Shown: positions 50,201-60,245 of the stretch, one piece after another | Position numbering within the stretch: the first letter of the stretch is position 1 | Layout of the letters: each line of letters starts with the position of its first letter | Assembly: GCF_035084215.1 (NCBI RefSeq) | Contig: NW_027139217.1 | Coordinates: 1-64,000 of the forward strand | DNA: 64,000 bases | Source: Heptranchias perlo | Taxonomy: Eukaryota | Reading direction: 5' to 3' | The notes under the pieces: generated by a model | What the model was told of the DNA's origin: nothing | Databases searched by the model: none | Seen by the model: only the letters and a program-made list of their open reading frames with translations | Program-made: the position numbers and the translations under genes

Positions 50201-53200
50201 AGAGCCAGGACGTGCAGGAGTGAAGTTAGGAAATGCTTCTACACACAAAGGGTGGGAGATGTTTGGAACGCTCTTCTGCAGACAGCAGTTGATGCTAGCT
50301 CACTTGTGAATGTTAAATCTGAGATTGATCGATTTCTGTGAACCAAGGGTATTATGGGATATGGGGCTAAGGCGGGTATATGGAGTGAGGTCACAGGTCC
50401 ACCATGATCTCATTGAATGGCTCGAGGGGCGAAATGCCACGGCCACTTGCTGCCTCTTGATATGCGCCACCTTCTCCTGCAAGAAAGCGGGACGTGTGCC
50501 TGGGTGATGTGCCTGTCATGGTTGAATAGCTCCCAGTGTGTGTGGCCTGTGAGTTGTGGGTGGGCGGCTTGAAACAGTGGTAATGTGTAAGGGTGAGAGG
50601 AAGCATCTGATTGGAAGAGTTGAGTATTGATGGAAAGAGTTTGTTGGTATGTGGGTGATGGGGGGTGTCGTGTGTGGGGCAGTTGGTTGGAGACACCACT
50701 TGACAGTTGACCTCACTCACCTTGACCACTCATGTCAGAGCATTGAACTTCTTCCTGCACTGCATCCATGTTCGTGATGCTGTGGGCCTGGCATTGACTT
50801 CCTCCCCCCGCTGCCTTTTGAGTATATGTCTGGAGGGCCTCTTTCCCCCCCCGCCCCCCGCGGATATAGGATGTCCCTCCTTCTGTCCACCTCTTGCGCC
50901 CAAGGTCTCTCGTGCATCAGCAGAGAACCTTGGTGCATGCACTCTCACAGGCCTGGTACCAACTCAGATCGGCAGATTGGTGAGGTCTGGTGTGCAGATT
51001 GGAGGATGTGGGATTTAGTAGTGTGCAACCTTTATTCAATGTTTTAACATAACTCATCATTGTGTAAACATAGGGATGGGACCTGCATCTGTGTTTTATG
51101 TGTACGATGTCTGATCTCCGTTCAGACTCCGTGCAGACTGCTATTTTCAGCAAATAACAGGTACCAGCTCCCTTTAAGAGATTTCTAAGAAACATCCTCC
51201 CTTTAAGAGATGGCGCTCCCCCTGGTGGTGGAAGGTGTGAATTGCATTGATTCCAGGTGTGAGGCCTGGGATGGAACGCTGATTACAGGCCGAGGACTCA
51301 CCGCCCGATTGGTTGGTCCGGGTCGAGAGGATCTCAATCGCGACTTTCCCGGTCCGCTCCGAGATCTGTGCATTCCGTGTGTTCCCCTCCCAGTACTCGG
51401 GCCCCTCGCTCTCCTCCATCCAGCGCTGCCGCGGGATCATCGTCCTCCGCTCGCTGTTATATTCAACAAACTGGGCCTCGTCCACATAACCGACAACAAC
51501 AAACTCCGGAAAACCAGGGATCGGGGTCATTGAGGTAAAGAAATACCGGAGAGAGTGAGAGCCTGAAACACAGAGAGAGAGAGGTCAGGGCATGAACCCC
51601 AAAACACCAACCCCAGAGAGAGAGAGAGATCAGGGCATGAACCCCAAAACACCAACCCCAGAGAGAGAGAGAGATCAGGGCATGAACCCCAAAACACCAA
51701 CCCCAGAGAGAGAGAGAGATCAGGGTATGAATCCCAAAACACCAACCCCAGAGAGAGAGAGATCAGGGCATGAACCCCAAAACACCAACCCCAGAGAGAG
51801 AGAGATCAGGGCATGAACCCCAAAACACCAACCCCAGAGAGAGAGAGATCAGGGCATGAACCCCAAAACACCAACCCCAGAGAGAGAGAACAGGGCATGA
51901 ACCCCAAAACACCAACCCCAGAGAGAGAGAGAGATCAGGGCATGAACCCCAAAACACCAACCCCAGAGAGAGAGAGATCAGGGCATGAACCCCAAAACAC
52001 CAACCCCAGAGAGAGAGAGATCAGGGCATGAACCCCAAAACACCAACCCCAGAGAGAGAGAGAGAGATCAGGGCATGAACCCCAAAACACCAACCTCAGA
52101 GAGAGAGAGATCAGGGCATGAACCCCAAAACACCAACCCCAGAGAGAGAGAGAGATCAGGGCATGAACCCCAAAACACCAACCCCAGAGAGAGGGAGATC
52201 AGGGCATGAACCCCAAAACACCAACCCCAGAGAGAGAGAGAGATCAGGGCATGAACCCCAAAACACCAACCCCAGAGAGAGAGATCAGGGCATGAACCCC
52301 AAAACACCAACCCCAGAGAGAGAGATCAGGGCATGAACCCCAAAACACCAACCCCAGAGAGAGAGAGAGATCAGGGCATGAACCCCAAAACACCAACCCC
52401 AGAGAGAGAGAGAGAGAGATCAGGGCATGAACCCCAAAACACCAACCCCAGAGAGAGAGAGATCAGGGCATGAACCCCAAAACACCAACCCCAGAGAGAG
52501 AGAGAGATCAGGGCATGAACCCCAAAACACCAACCCCAGAGAGAGAGATCAGGGCATGAACCCCAAAACACCAACCCCAGAGAGAGATCAGGGCATGAAC
52601 CCCAACCACATGCCAAATTCCCAAACAAATCCAACCCAACACAGATCCCCTGTAAATAAACCCCAACACAAGAGGGAGAGGGGCCTGGGTTAACACACCC
52701 ACTGACAGAGGGAGAGGGGCCTGGGGTAACACACCCACTGACAGACTGAGGGAGAGGGGCCTGGGGTAACACACCCACTGACAGACTGAGGGAGAGGGGC
52801 CTGGGGTAACACACCCCCTGACAGACTGTGGGAGAGGGGCCTGGGGTAACACACCCCCTGACAGACTGAGGGAGAGGGGCCGGGGTAACACACCCACTGA
52901 CAGACTGAGGGAGAGGGGCCTGGGGTAACACACCCCCTGACAGACTGAGGGAGAGGGGCCTGGGGTAACACGCCCACTGACAGACTGAGGGAGAGGGGCC
53001 TGGGGTAACACACCCACTGACAGACTGAGGGAGAGGGGCCTGGGGTAACACACCCACTGACAGACTGAGGGAGAGGGGCCTGGGGTAACACACCCACTGA
53101 CAGACTGAGGGAGAGGGGCCTGGGGTAACACACCCACTGACAGACTGAGGGAGAGGGGCCGGGGTAACACACCCACTGACAGACTGAGGGAGAGGGGCCT

Positions 53201-56200
53201 GGGGTAACACACCCACTGAGGGACTGAGGGAGAGGGGCCTGGGGTAACACACCCACTGACAGACTGAGGGAGAGGGGCCTGGGGTATCACACCCCCTGAC
53301 AGACTGAGGGAGAGGGGCCTGGGGTAACACACCCCCTGACAGACTGAGGGAGAGGGGCCTGGGGTAACACACCCACTGACAGACTGAGGGAGAGGGGCCT
53401 GGGGTAACACACCCACTGACAGACTGAGGGAGAGGGGCCTGGGGTAACACACCCACTGAGGGACTGAGGGAGAGGGGCCTGGGGTAACACACCCACTGAC
53501 AGACTGAGGGAGAGGGGCCTGTGGTAACACACTCACTGACAGACTGAGGGAGAGGGGCCTGGGGTAACACACCCACTGACAGACTGAGGGAGAGGGGCCT
53601 GGGGTAACACACCCACTGACAGACTGAGGGAGAGGGGCCTGGGGTAACACACCCACTGAGGGACTGAGGGAGAGGGGCCTGGGGTAACACACACCCTGAC
53701 AGACTGAGGGAGAGGGGCCTGGGGTAACACACCCCCTGACAGACTGAGGGAGAGGGGCCTGGGGTAACACACCCCCTGACAGACTGAGGGAGAGGGGCCT
53801 GGGGTAACACACCCACTGACAGACTGAGGGAGAGGGGCCTGGGGTAACACACCCCCTGACAGACTGAGGGAGAGGGGCCTGGGGTAACACACACACTGAC
53901 AGACTGAGGGAGAGGGGCCTGGGGTAACACACCCACTGAGGGACTGAGGGAGAGGGGCCTGGGGTAACACACCCCCTGACAGGGGTGTATATAGTTGGTT
54001 ATATTTGATTAAGGGACTAATTATCTTAAAATAACACGTACAATACACGGGTAAAAAGCAATCCATCAACTTTAAATCTGTAAATTGACCCAATAGGGTG
54101 AAATTTCTAAGCTGAGTGTCAGAGGAACATTTATGGGGATTCAGGTAGCACTGGAGACAAATAAATATAGACTAGAAATGTCAGCATAGTCAGTGTGTTG
54201 GGACTGCAGTATGTGGGAGTTTGTGGACAGTGAGACTGTCCCGGATTGTCACACTACAGGAAATGTCTCTGCCTTGACTCACTCCGGCTCAGAGTCGTTG
54301 AGCTGGAGTGCGAGTTCGAGACTCTCTGACACATGAGGGAGGGGGAGGAATATCGGGATAGTTTACTCCAGAACTCAGTCCCACCAAGTCGAGAGGTACA
54401 GGTACAGGAAGAGGAGAGTGTGACTGACAGTCAGCAGGGTTGGGGAATCTAGTGGAGGCAGGGAAGGAGGGGCCGCAGAGTCTGGTCCTGTCCAACAGGT
54501 ACGATGTACTTGCTACCTGTGGGGGTAAGGAGAAAGGCTGGGGGAGGGACAGTCACAATGTTCACCAAGGCACCATGGAGCAGGAGGCAGTCCAAGGGGG
54601 GAGGAGCAGAACAGAAAGGCTGGAGTTCGAGGGAGTCAGTTTAACGTTAGTTGTGGGGAAGCAACTCGAATCTGTCATTCGGGACAGAGTGAGTGAGCAC
54701 TTGAACAAGTATGAGCTGATCGGAGAGAGCCATGGATTTGTTAAGGGTGAATTGTCTGAATAATCCAGTTGAATATTTTGAGGAGCTCACTCATAATGTC
54801 GATAAGGGAGTGTCGATGGATGTTATTTCGATGGACTTCCAGAGGCATTCGATGAGGTTCCACACAAGAGACTGTTTGCAAAAATGAGAGCACATGGAAT
54901 TGGAGGCAGTCTTTTAGGAGCATAGGAACAGGAGGAGGCCATTCAGCCCCTCGAGCCTGTTCCATCATTCAATCATGGCTGATCTGTATCTTAACTCCAT
55001 CTCCCGCCTTGGTTCCGTAACCCTTAATACCCGTGTCCAACAAAAATCGATCAATCTCAGTTTTGACATTTTCAATTGACCCCCAGTCTCAACAGCTTTT
55101 TGGGGGACAGAGTTCCAGATTTTAACTCCCCTGGAACTTTCTTCACACAAAGGGTGGTGGGAATCAGGAACTCACTCCCCCAAAAGGCTGAGCATTCTGG
55201 GGGTTCATTGGAGCTTTCAAAACTGAGATTGATCGATTTTTGTTGGGTCAGGACATCAAGGGATATGGAGCAAAGGGGGAAAATGGAGTTGAGGTACAGA
55301 TCAGCCTTGATCCAATTGAATGGAGGAACAGGCTCGAGGGGCTGAATGGCCTGCAATGTTCCTCTCTCCACTCCCACTCTCCAGCCCGGTGCCCCTGTCC
55401 GTCGCTCTGTCCCTCTCCATCTCCCCGCTCCCCCCTCCCCCCACCCCGGTCTCTCAATGCCGCAATACCCAGCCTGGCACTGAGCCCCTCTCAGACTCCA
55501 TTACCCACTGACAGAGGGTTAATGCCCCAATACCCAGCCTGGCACTGAGCCCCTCTCAGACTCCATTACCCACTGACCGAGGGTTAATGCCCCAATACCC
55601 AGCCTGGCACTGAGTCCCTCTCAGACCCCATTACCCACTGACCGAGGGTTAATGCCCCAATACCCAGCCTGGCACTGAGCTCCTCTCAGACCCCATTACC
55701 CACTGACCGAGGGTTAATGCCCCAATACCCAGCCTGGCACTGAGCCCCTCTCAGACCCCATTACCCACTGACCGAGGGTTAATGCCCCAATACCCAGCCT
55801 GGCACTGAGCCCCTCTCAGACCCCATTACCCACTGACCGAGGGTTAATGCCCCAATACCCAGCCTGGCACTGAGTCCCTCTCAGACCCCATTACCCACTG
55901 ACCGAGGGTTAATGCCCCAATACCCAGCCTGGCACTGAGCCCCTCTCAGACCCCATTACCCACTGACCGAGGGTTAATGCCCCAATACCCAGCCTGGCAC
56001 TGAGCCCCTCTCAGACCCCATTACCCACTGACCGAGGGTTAATGCCCCAATACCCAGCCTGGCACTGAGCCCCTCTCAGACCCCATTACCCACTGACCGA
56101 GGGTTAATGCCCCAATACCCAGCCTGGCACTGAGCCCCTCTCAGACCCCATTACCCACTGACCGAGGGTTAATGCACCAATACCCAGCCTGGCACTGAGC

Positions 56201-56272
56201 CCCTCTCAGACCCCATTACTCACCTGCAGAGACCCCTCCACACAGAACGACCAGAACTATCAGTCCAATCAT
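38177..56272 (-). CDS. UAA: MHC class I heavy (alpha) chain gene, classical-type (UAA-like). Exons: 56224-56272, 51302-51562, 45925-46197, 44527-44802, 39828-39953, 38935-38970, 38177-38223 (1068 nt, 355 aa)
   Basis: Hand-spliced exons are all GT-AG, phase 1, and join into one uninterrupted frame: leader, a1, a2, a3, TM, two cytoplasmic exons. Anchors Y7, Y59, R84, T143, K146, W147, Y159, Y171 (HLA numbering), the N86 sequon (NQS) and both disulfide pairs are present. The symbol UAA is inferred from these residues; lineage not tested phylogenetically. Confidence 0.93.
38270..38697. other. Assembly gap (428 N) in MHC-I intron 6
   Basis: Run of N. Confidence 0.99.
38935..38970 (-). CDS. MHC-I exon 6, cytoplasmic (GGEKKSGYSPAN)
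   Basis: Acceptor TTGTAG|G, donor ATC|GTAAGT, 36 nt; carries the conserved cytoplasmic Tyr (GYxxA). Confidence 0.85.
39167..39698. repeat. 28-bp palindromic CpG-rich minisatellite, ~19 copies (intron 5)
   Basis: CCGGTCCCTTCACTCCCCGTACGGGGCC. Confidence 0.97.
39828..39953 (-). CDS. MHC-I exon 5, connecting peptide and transmembrane helix (LGLIVGIVLAAVVLIALVIGAVVWKKR)
   Basis: Acceptor CCACAG|A, donor GAG|GTAGGA; hydrophobic run followed by a basic stop-transfer signal. Confidence 0.92.
40824..41310. repeat. Degenerate GGGTCAGA(G/T)GGA-type G-rich repeat (intron 4)
   Basis: Direct reading. Confidence 0.9.
41730..43742. repeat. 35-bp purine-rich minisatellite, ~57 copies (intron 4)
   Basis: GAGTAAAGAGAGAGAGGGAGGGAACGGAGCACTGG; explains the 648-753 aa ORFs. 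Confidence 0.98.
43760..44473 (+). mobile_element. CR1 ORF2 RT fragment (intron 4)
   Basis: VPEDWR, SQHGFVKGKSCLTNL, GVPQGSVLGP, FAADMKLG. Confidence 0.92.
44527..44802 (-). CDS. MHC-I exon 4, alpha-3 Ig C1 domain (LSCLVTGFYPRDI...PNHDGTYQ...YSCQVDHSS)
   Basis: Acceptor TCTCAG|T, donor GGG|GTAAGA, 276 nt; C1-set motifs. Confidence 0.97.
44843..45212. repeat. 41-bp minisatellite, ~9 copies, with hairpin CTGGGG-ATTAGA-CCCCAG (intron 3)
   Basis: Direct reading. Confidence 0.96.
45213..45924 (-). repeat. ~25-bp minisatellite built from the exon-3 splice donor, ~28 copies
   Basis: Sense unit AGTGAGAGTCG|GTGAGTGAGGGGGG, contiguous with the real donor CCG|GTGAGTGAGGGGGG. Confidence 0.95.
45925..46197 (-). 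CDS. MHC-I exon 3, alpha-2 domain (GIHTYQRMYGCD...ITKNKWD...GYLEGTCIEWLRKYLEYG)
   Basis: Acceptor TGACAG|G, donor CCG|GTGAGT, 273 nt; Cys pair, TxxKW, Y159, Y171. Confidence 0.97.
46985..47812. repeat. 31-bp minisatellite, ~26 copies, with a ~12-unit block duplication (intron 2)
   Basis: GTGTATTTAAAGGACCCCCGGACCCCGATCA; variant CTGAACATTG recurs at ~47259 and ~47632. Confidence 0.95.
47960..48160 (+). mobile_element. CR1 ORF2 fragment that seeds the adjacent array
   Basis: DFQEASDKVP...GVRGQRAEWI...NRKQRVRVKGSFSDWQKVGNGV. Confidence 0.85.
48131..49771. repeat. 31-bp minisatellite, ~53 copies, derived from the CR1 GVPQGSVLG codons
   Basis: GTTCACCGGGGATCAGTGCCGGGAACGCTGT, compared with GTTCCCCAGGGATCGGTGCTGGGACCACTGT at 15231-15261. 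Confidence 0.96.
49772..51230 (-). mobile_element. Probable PIF/Harbinger-derived remnant with frameshifted Myb/SANT-like ORF (~50710-50950); contains a CR1 3' piece at ~50165-50430
   Basis: APRFSADARETL...EVDRRRDILYP...EEVNAR...RTWMQCRKKFNAL; outer boundaries uncertain. Confidence 0.65.
51302..51562 (-). CDS. MHC-I exon 2, alpha-1 domain (GSHSLRYFFTSMTPIPGFPEFVVVGYVD...PEYWEGNT...STRTNQSG)
   Basis: Acceptor TTTCAG|G, donor GCG|GTGAGT, 261 nt; canonical a1 motifs. Confidence 0.97.
51572..52604 (-). repeat. ~41-51-bp minisatellite, ~22 copies, of branch point plus (TC)n tract, directly upstream of the exon-2 acceptor
   Basis: Sense unit GGGGTTGGTGTTTTGGGGTTCATGCCCTGATC(TC)nT. Confidence 0.95.
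52673..53981. repeat. 40-bp minisatellite, ~32 copies (intron 1)
   Basis: GGGAGAGGGGCCTGGGGTAACACACCCACTGACAGACTGA. Confidence 0.97.
54170..54912 (+). mobile_element. Internally deleted CR1: ORF1 N-terminus joined to an RT fragment
   Basis: ACTAGAAATGTCAGC... homologous to 11504-11820; later GESHGFVKG and MDFQ. Confidence 0.82.
54918..55353. mobile_element. Two CR1 3' ends in inverted orientation (54918-55125 on -, 55137-55353 on +)
   Basis: AGGCCATTCAGCCCCTCGAGCCTGTTCC ... GGAACAGGCTCGAGGGGCTGAATGGCCT. Confidence 0.85.
55465..56223 (-). repeat. 59-bp minisatellite, ~13 copies, starting at the exon-1 donor
   Basis: First unit begins GTGAGTAATGGGGTCTG; later copies begin GTGGGTAATGGGGTCTG. 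Confidence 0.96.
56224..56272 (-). CDS. MHC-I exon 1, leader peptide MIGLIVLVVLCGGVSA
   Basis: ATG, hydrophobic signal peptide ending VSA, donor CAG|GTGAGT; phase 1 joins to GSHSLRY. Confidence 0.9.
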
Positions 56273-56337
56273 TGCTGCTTCCCTCGACAGGCTGGGATGA
56301 GCAGTTTGTGGGAAATCCTTTTCCAGGAGACGGTCTC

Positions 56338-58310
56338 CTCTGTCCCTGTGCTAACACTGTACCTCCTGGTCTCTCCCTCTCTCTGTCCCTGTGCTAACAC
56401 TGTACCTCCTGGTCTCTCCCTCTCTTTGTCCCTGTGCTCACACTGTACCTCCTGGTCTCTCCCTCTCTCTGTCCCTGTGCTAACACTGTACCTCCTGGTC
56501 CCTCCCTCTCTCTGTCCCTGTGCTAACACTGTACCTCCTGGTCTCTCTCTCTCTCTGTCCCTGTGCTAACACTGTACCTCCTGGCCTCTCTCCCTCTCTC
56601 TGTCCCTGTGCTCACACTGTACCTCCTGGTCTCTCCCTCTCTCTGTCCCTGTGCTCACACTGTACCTCCTGGTCTCTCCCTCTCTCTGTCCCTGTGCTAA
56701 CACTGTACCTCCTGGTCTCTCTCCCTCTCTCTGTCCCTGTGCTAACACTGTACCTCCTGGTCTCTCCCTCTCTCTGTCCCTGTGCTAACACTGTACCTCC
56801 TGGTCTCTCTCCCTCTCTCTGTCCCTGTGCTCACACTGTACCTCCTGGTCTCTCCCTCTCTCTGTCCCTGTGCTAACACTGTACCTCCTGGTCTCTCTCT
56901 CTCTCTCTGTCCCTGTGCTCACACTGTACCTCCTGGTCTCTCCCTCTCTCTGTCCCTGTGCTAACACTGTACCTCCTGGTCTCTCCCTCTCTCTGTCCCT
57001 GTGCTAACACTGTACCTCCTGGTCTCTCTCTCTCTCTGTCCCTGTGCTAACACTGTACCTCCTGGCCTCTCTCCCTCTCTCTGTCCCTGTGCTCACACTG
57101 TACCTCCTGGTCTCTCCCTCTCTCTGTCCCTGTGCTAACACTGTACCTCCTGGTCTCTCTCTCTCTCTCTGTCCCTGTGCTAACACTGTACCTCCTGGTC
57201 TCTCTCTCTCTCTCTGTCCCTGTGCTCACACTGTACCTCCTGGTCTCTCCCTCTCTCTGTCCCTGTGCTAACACTGTACCTCCTGGTCTCTCCCTCTCCC
57301 TGTCCCTGTGCTAACACTGTACCTCCTGGTCTCTCCCTCTCTCTGTCCCTGTGCTAACACTGTACCTCCTGGTCTCTCTCTCTCTCTGTCCCTGTGCTAA
57401 CACTGTACCTCCTGGTCTCTCGCCCTCCCTCTGTCCCTGTGCTAACACTGTACCTCCTGGTCTCTCCCTCTCTCTGTCCCTGTGCTAACACTGTACCTCC
57501 TGGTCTCTCCCTCTCTCTGTCCCTGTGCTAACACTGTACCTCCTGGTCTCTCCCTCTCTCTGTCCCTGTGCTAACACTGTACCTCCTGGTCTCTCCCTCT
57601 CTCTGTCCCTGTGCTAACACTGTACCTCCTGGTCGCTCCCTCTCTCTGTCCCTGTGCTAACACTGTACCTCCTGGTCTCTCCCTCTCTCTGTCCCTGTGC
57701 TAACACTGTACCTCCTGGTCTCTCCCTCTCTCTGTCCCTGTGCTAACACTGTACCTCCTGGTCTCTCTCTCTCTCACTGTCCCTGTGCTCACACTGTACC
57801 TCCTGGTCTCTCCCTCTCTCTGTCCCTGTGCTAACACTGTACCTCCTGGTCTCTCTCCCTCTCTCTGTCCCTGTGCTCACACTGTACCTCCTGGTCTCTC
57901 CCTCTCTCTGTCCCTGTGCTAACACTGTACCTCCTGGTCTCTCTCTCTCTCTCTGTCCCTGTGCTAACACTGTACCTCCTGGTCTCTCTCTCTCTCTCTG
58001 TCCCTGTGCTCACACTGTACCTCCTGGTCTCTCCCTCTCTCTGTCCCTGTGCTAACACTGTACCTCCTGGTCTCTCCCTCTCTCTGTCCCTGTGCTAACA
58101 CTGTACCTCCTGGTCTCTCGCCCTCCCTCTGTCCCTGTGCTAACACTGTACCTCCTGGTCTCTCCCTCTCTCTGTCCCTGTGCTAACACTGTACCTCCTG
58201 GTCTCTCCCTCTCTCTGTCCCTGTGCTAACACTGTACCTCCTGGTCTCTTCCTCTCTCTGTCCCTGTGCTAACACTGTACCTCCTGGTCTCTCTCCCTCT
58301 CCCTCTCTCT
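56338..58310. repeat. 43-45-bp minisatellite, ~44 copies, between the promoter and the ATG
   Basis: CTGTCCCTGTGCTAACACTGTACCTCCTGGTCTCTCCCTCTCT. Confidence 0.98.
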
Positions 58311-58351
58311 CAGTCACCTCCATATTGTTTGCTTCGACAGTCAGTTTGTGC

Positions 58352-58544
58352 CCAATCAGAATGAAAGCAGCCTGTGAATCAGCAAACTCCAGGCAGAGGA
58401 GTCCCAGAGAGTTTGTGTCGGTGGAAAAATAAACTGTCCAAATATCCTGAACCGTCCAATCAGAGAAATACTGCTCGTTCCATGTTCAGTTGCCAGGGAG
58501 AATGAACTGAACAGGATTTGATCATTAAACAAGGAACTGAAAGT
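58352..58544 (-). promoter_or_regulatory. MHC-I promoter: X1 box, two Y boxes (inverted CCAAT), X2/AP-1-like site, ISRE/EICE-like site
   Basis: Sense strand: CCTGGCAACTGAAC (58484-58497), 20-nt spacer, CTGATTGG (58456-58463). Second CTGATTGG at 58352-58359 with TGATTCA at 58375-58381. GGAACTGAAAGT at 58533-58544 on +. Confidence 0.7.
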
Positions 58545-58569
58545 AGTTTGTTACAGAAAGTGACAGAGG

Positions 58570-59191
58570 GAAGAACATAGGAACAGGAGGAGGCCATTCA
58601 GCCCCTCGAGCCTGCTCCCCCATTCAATCAGGTCATGGCTGATCTGTACCTCATCTCCATTTTCCCGCTTTGCTCCGTGTCCCTTGATCCCGTTACCCAA
58701 CAAAACTCTGATCAATCGCAGTCTTAAAAGCTCCAATTGTCCCGACATCCACAGCCTTTTGGGGGAGAGAGTTCCAGATTTCCACTTCCCTTTGTGTGAA
58801 AATGGGATTCCTGATTTCCCTCCTCAATGACCTCACTCTAATTTTAAGATGATGTCCCCTCGTTCTTGACTCCCCCACCAGAGGAAATAGTTTCTCCGTC
58901 TTACCCTATCGAATCCTGTGAACATTATAAACCCCTCAATCAGATCACCCCTCAACCTTCGATACTCAAGGGAATACAAGACAAGTTTCTCCACCCTCCC
59001 TTTAAACCCCGGGATCATTCTGGTGAATCTGGTCTGCACCCCCTCCAAGGCCAATCTATCCTTCCTGAGGTGCGGTGCCCAGAACTGAACACAGTCTCCA
59101 GATGGGGTCTGACCAGGACTCTGTACAACTGAATCATAACTTCCTCCCCTTTGTAATCCAGCCCCCTCGAGATAAAGGCCAACATTCCATT
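58570..59191 (-). mobile_element. CR1 3' fragment
   Basis: GMLAFISRGL...RPHLE...RRLRGDLIE plus 3' UTR. Confidence 0.9.
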
Positions 59192-59985
59192 AGACAGACT
59201 GGTGAAATGGGCAGACACACGGCAGATCAAATTTAACACAGAGAAGTGTGGAGTGATGTATTTTGGAAGGAAGAATGAGGAGAGGCAATAGAAAGTAAAT
59301 GGTACAATTTTAAAGGGGGTGCAGGAACAGAGAGACCTGGGGGTGTATGTACACAAATCATTGAAGGTGGCAGTTGAGAAGGCTGTTAAAAAAGCACACG
59401 GGATCCTGGGCTTTATAAATAGAGGCATGGAGTACAAAAGCAAGGAACTTATCCTAAACCTTTATAAACACTGGTTAGGCCTCAGCTGGAGTATTGTGTC
59501 CAATTCTGGGCACCGCACTTTAGGAAGGATGTGAAGGCCTCAGAGAGGGTGCAGAGGAGATTTACTGGAATGGTTCCAGGGATGAGGGACTTCAGTTATG
59601 TGGAGAGACTGGAGAAGCTGGGATTGTTCTCCTTAGAGCAGAGAAGGTTAAGGGGAGATTTAATCGAGGTGTTCAAAATCGTGAAGGGTTTTGATAGAGT
59701 AAATAAGGAGAAACTGTTTCCAGTGGCAGGACGGTCAGTAACCAGAGGACACAGATTTAAGGAAATTGGTATTTTTTACAGAGCGAGTTGTTCTGATCTG
59801 GAATGCACTGCCTGATAGGGCGGTGGGAGCAGATTCAATAATAATATTCAAAAGGGAATTGGATAAATACGTGAAGGGGAAAAAATTGCAGGGCTCTGGG
59901 GAAAGAGCATGAGTGGGGCTAATTGGATAGATTGTTCAAAGAGTCAGCACGGGTACAATGGGCCAAATGGCCTCCTTCTGTGCTT
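59192..59985 (+). mobile_element. CR1 3' fragment
   Basis: QEQRDLGVYVH...QRRFTGMVPG...RRLRGDLIEVFK plus 3' UTR. Confidence 0.92.
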
Positions 59986-60245
59986 TCAAAAAAAAATTCA
60001 TTCATGGGATGTGGGCATCGCTGGCGAGGCCGGCATTTAATGCCCATCCTTAATTGCCCTTGAGAAGGTGGTGGTGAGCCGCCTTCTTGAACCGCTGCAG
60101 TCCGTGTGGTGAAGGTTCTCCCACAGTGCTGTTAGGGAGGGAGTTCCAGGATTTTGACCCAGTGACGATGAAGGAACGGTGATATATTTCCAAGTCGGGA
60201 TGGTGTGTGATTTGGAGGGGTACGTGCAGGTGGTGGTGTTCCCAT

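Noticed and set aside
52371-54093. 474-533 aa Pro/Ser/Val-rich ORFs
   Set aside because: Translations of the 40-bp intronic array
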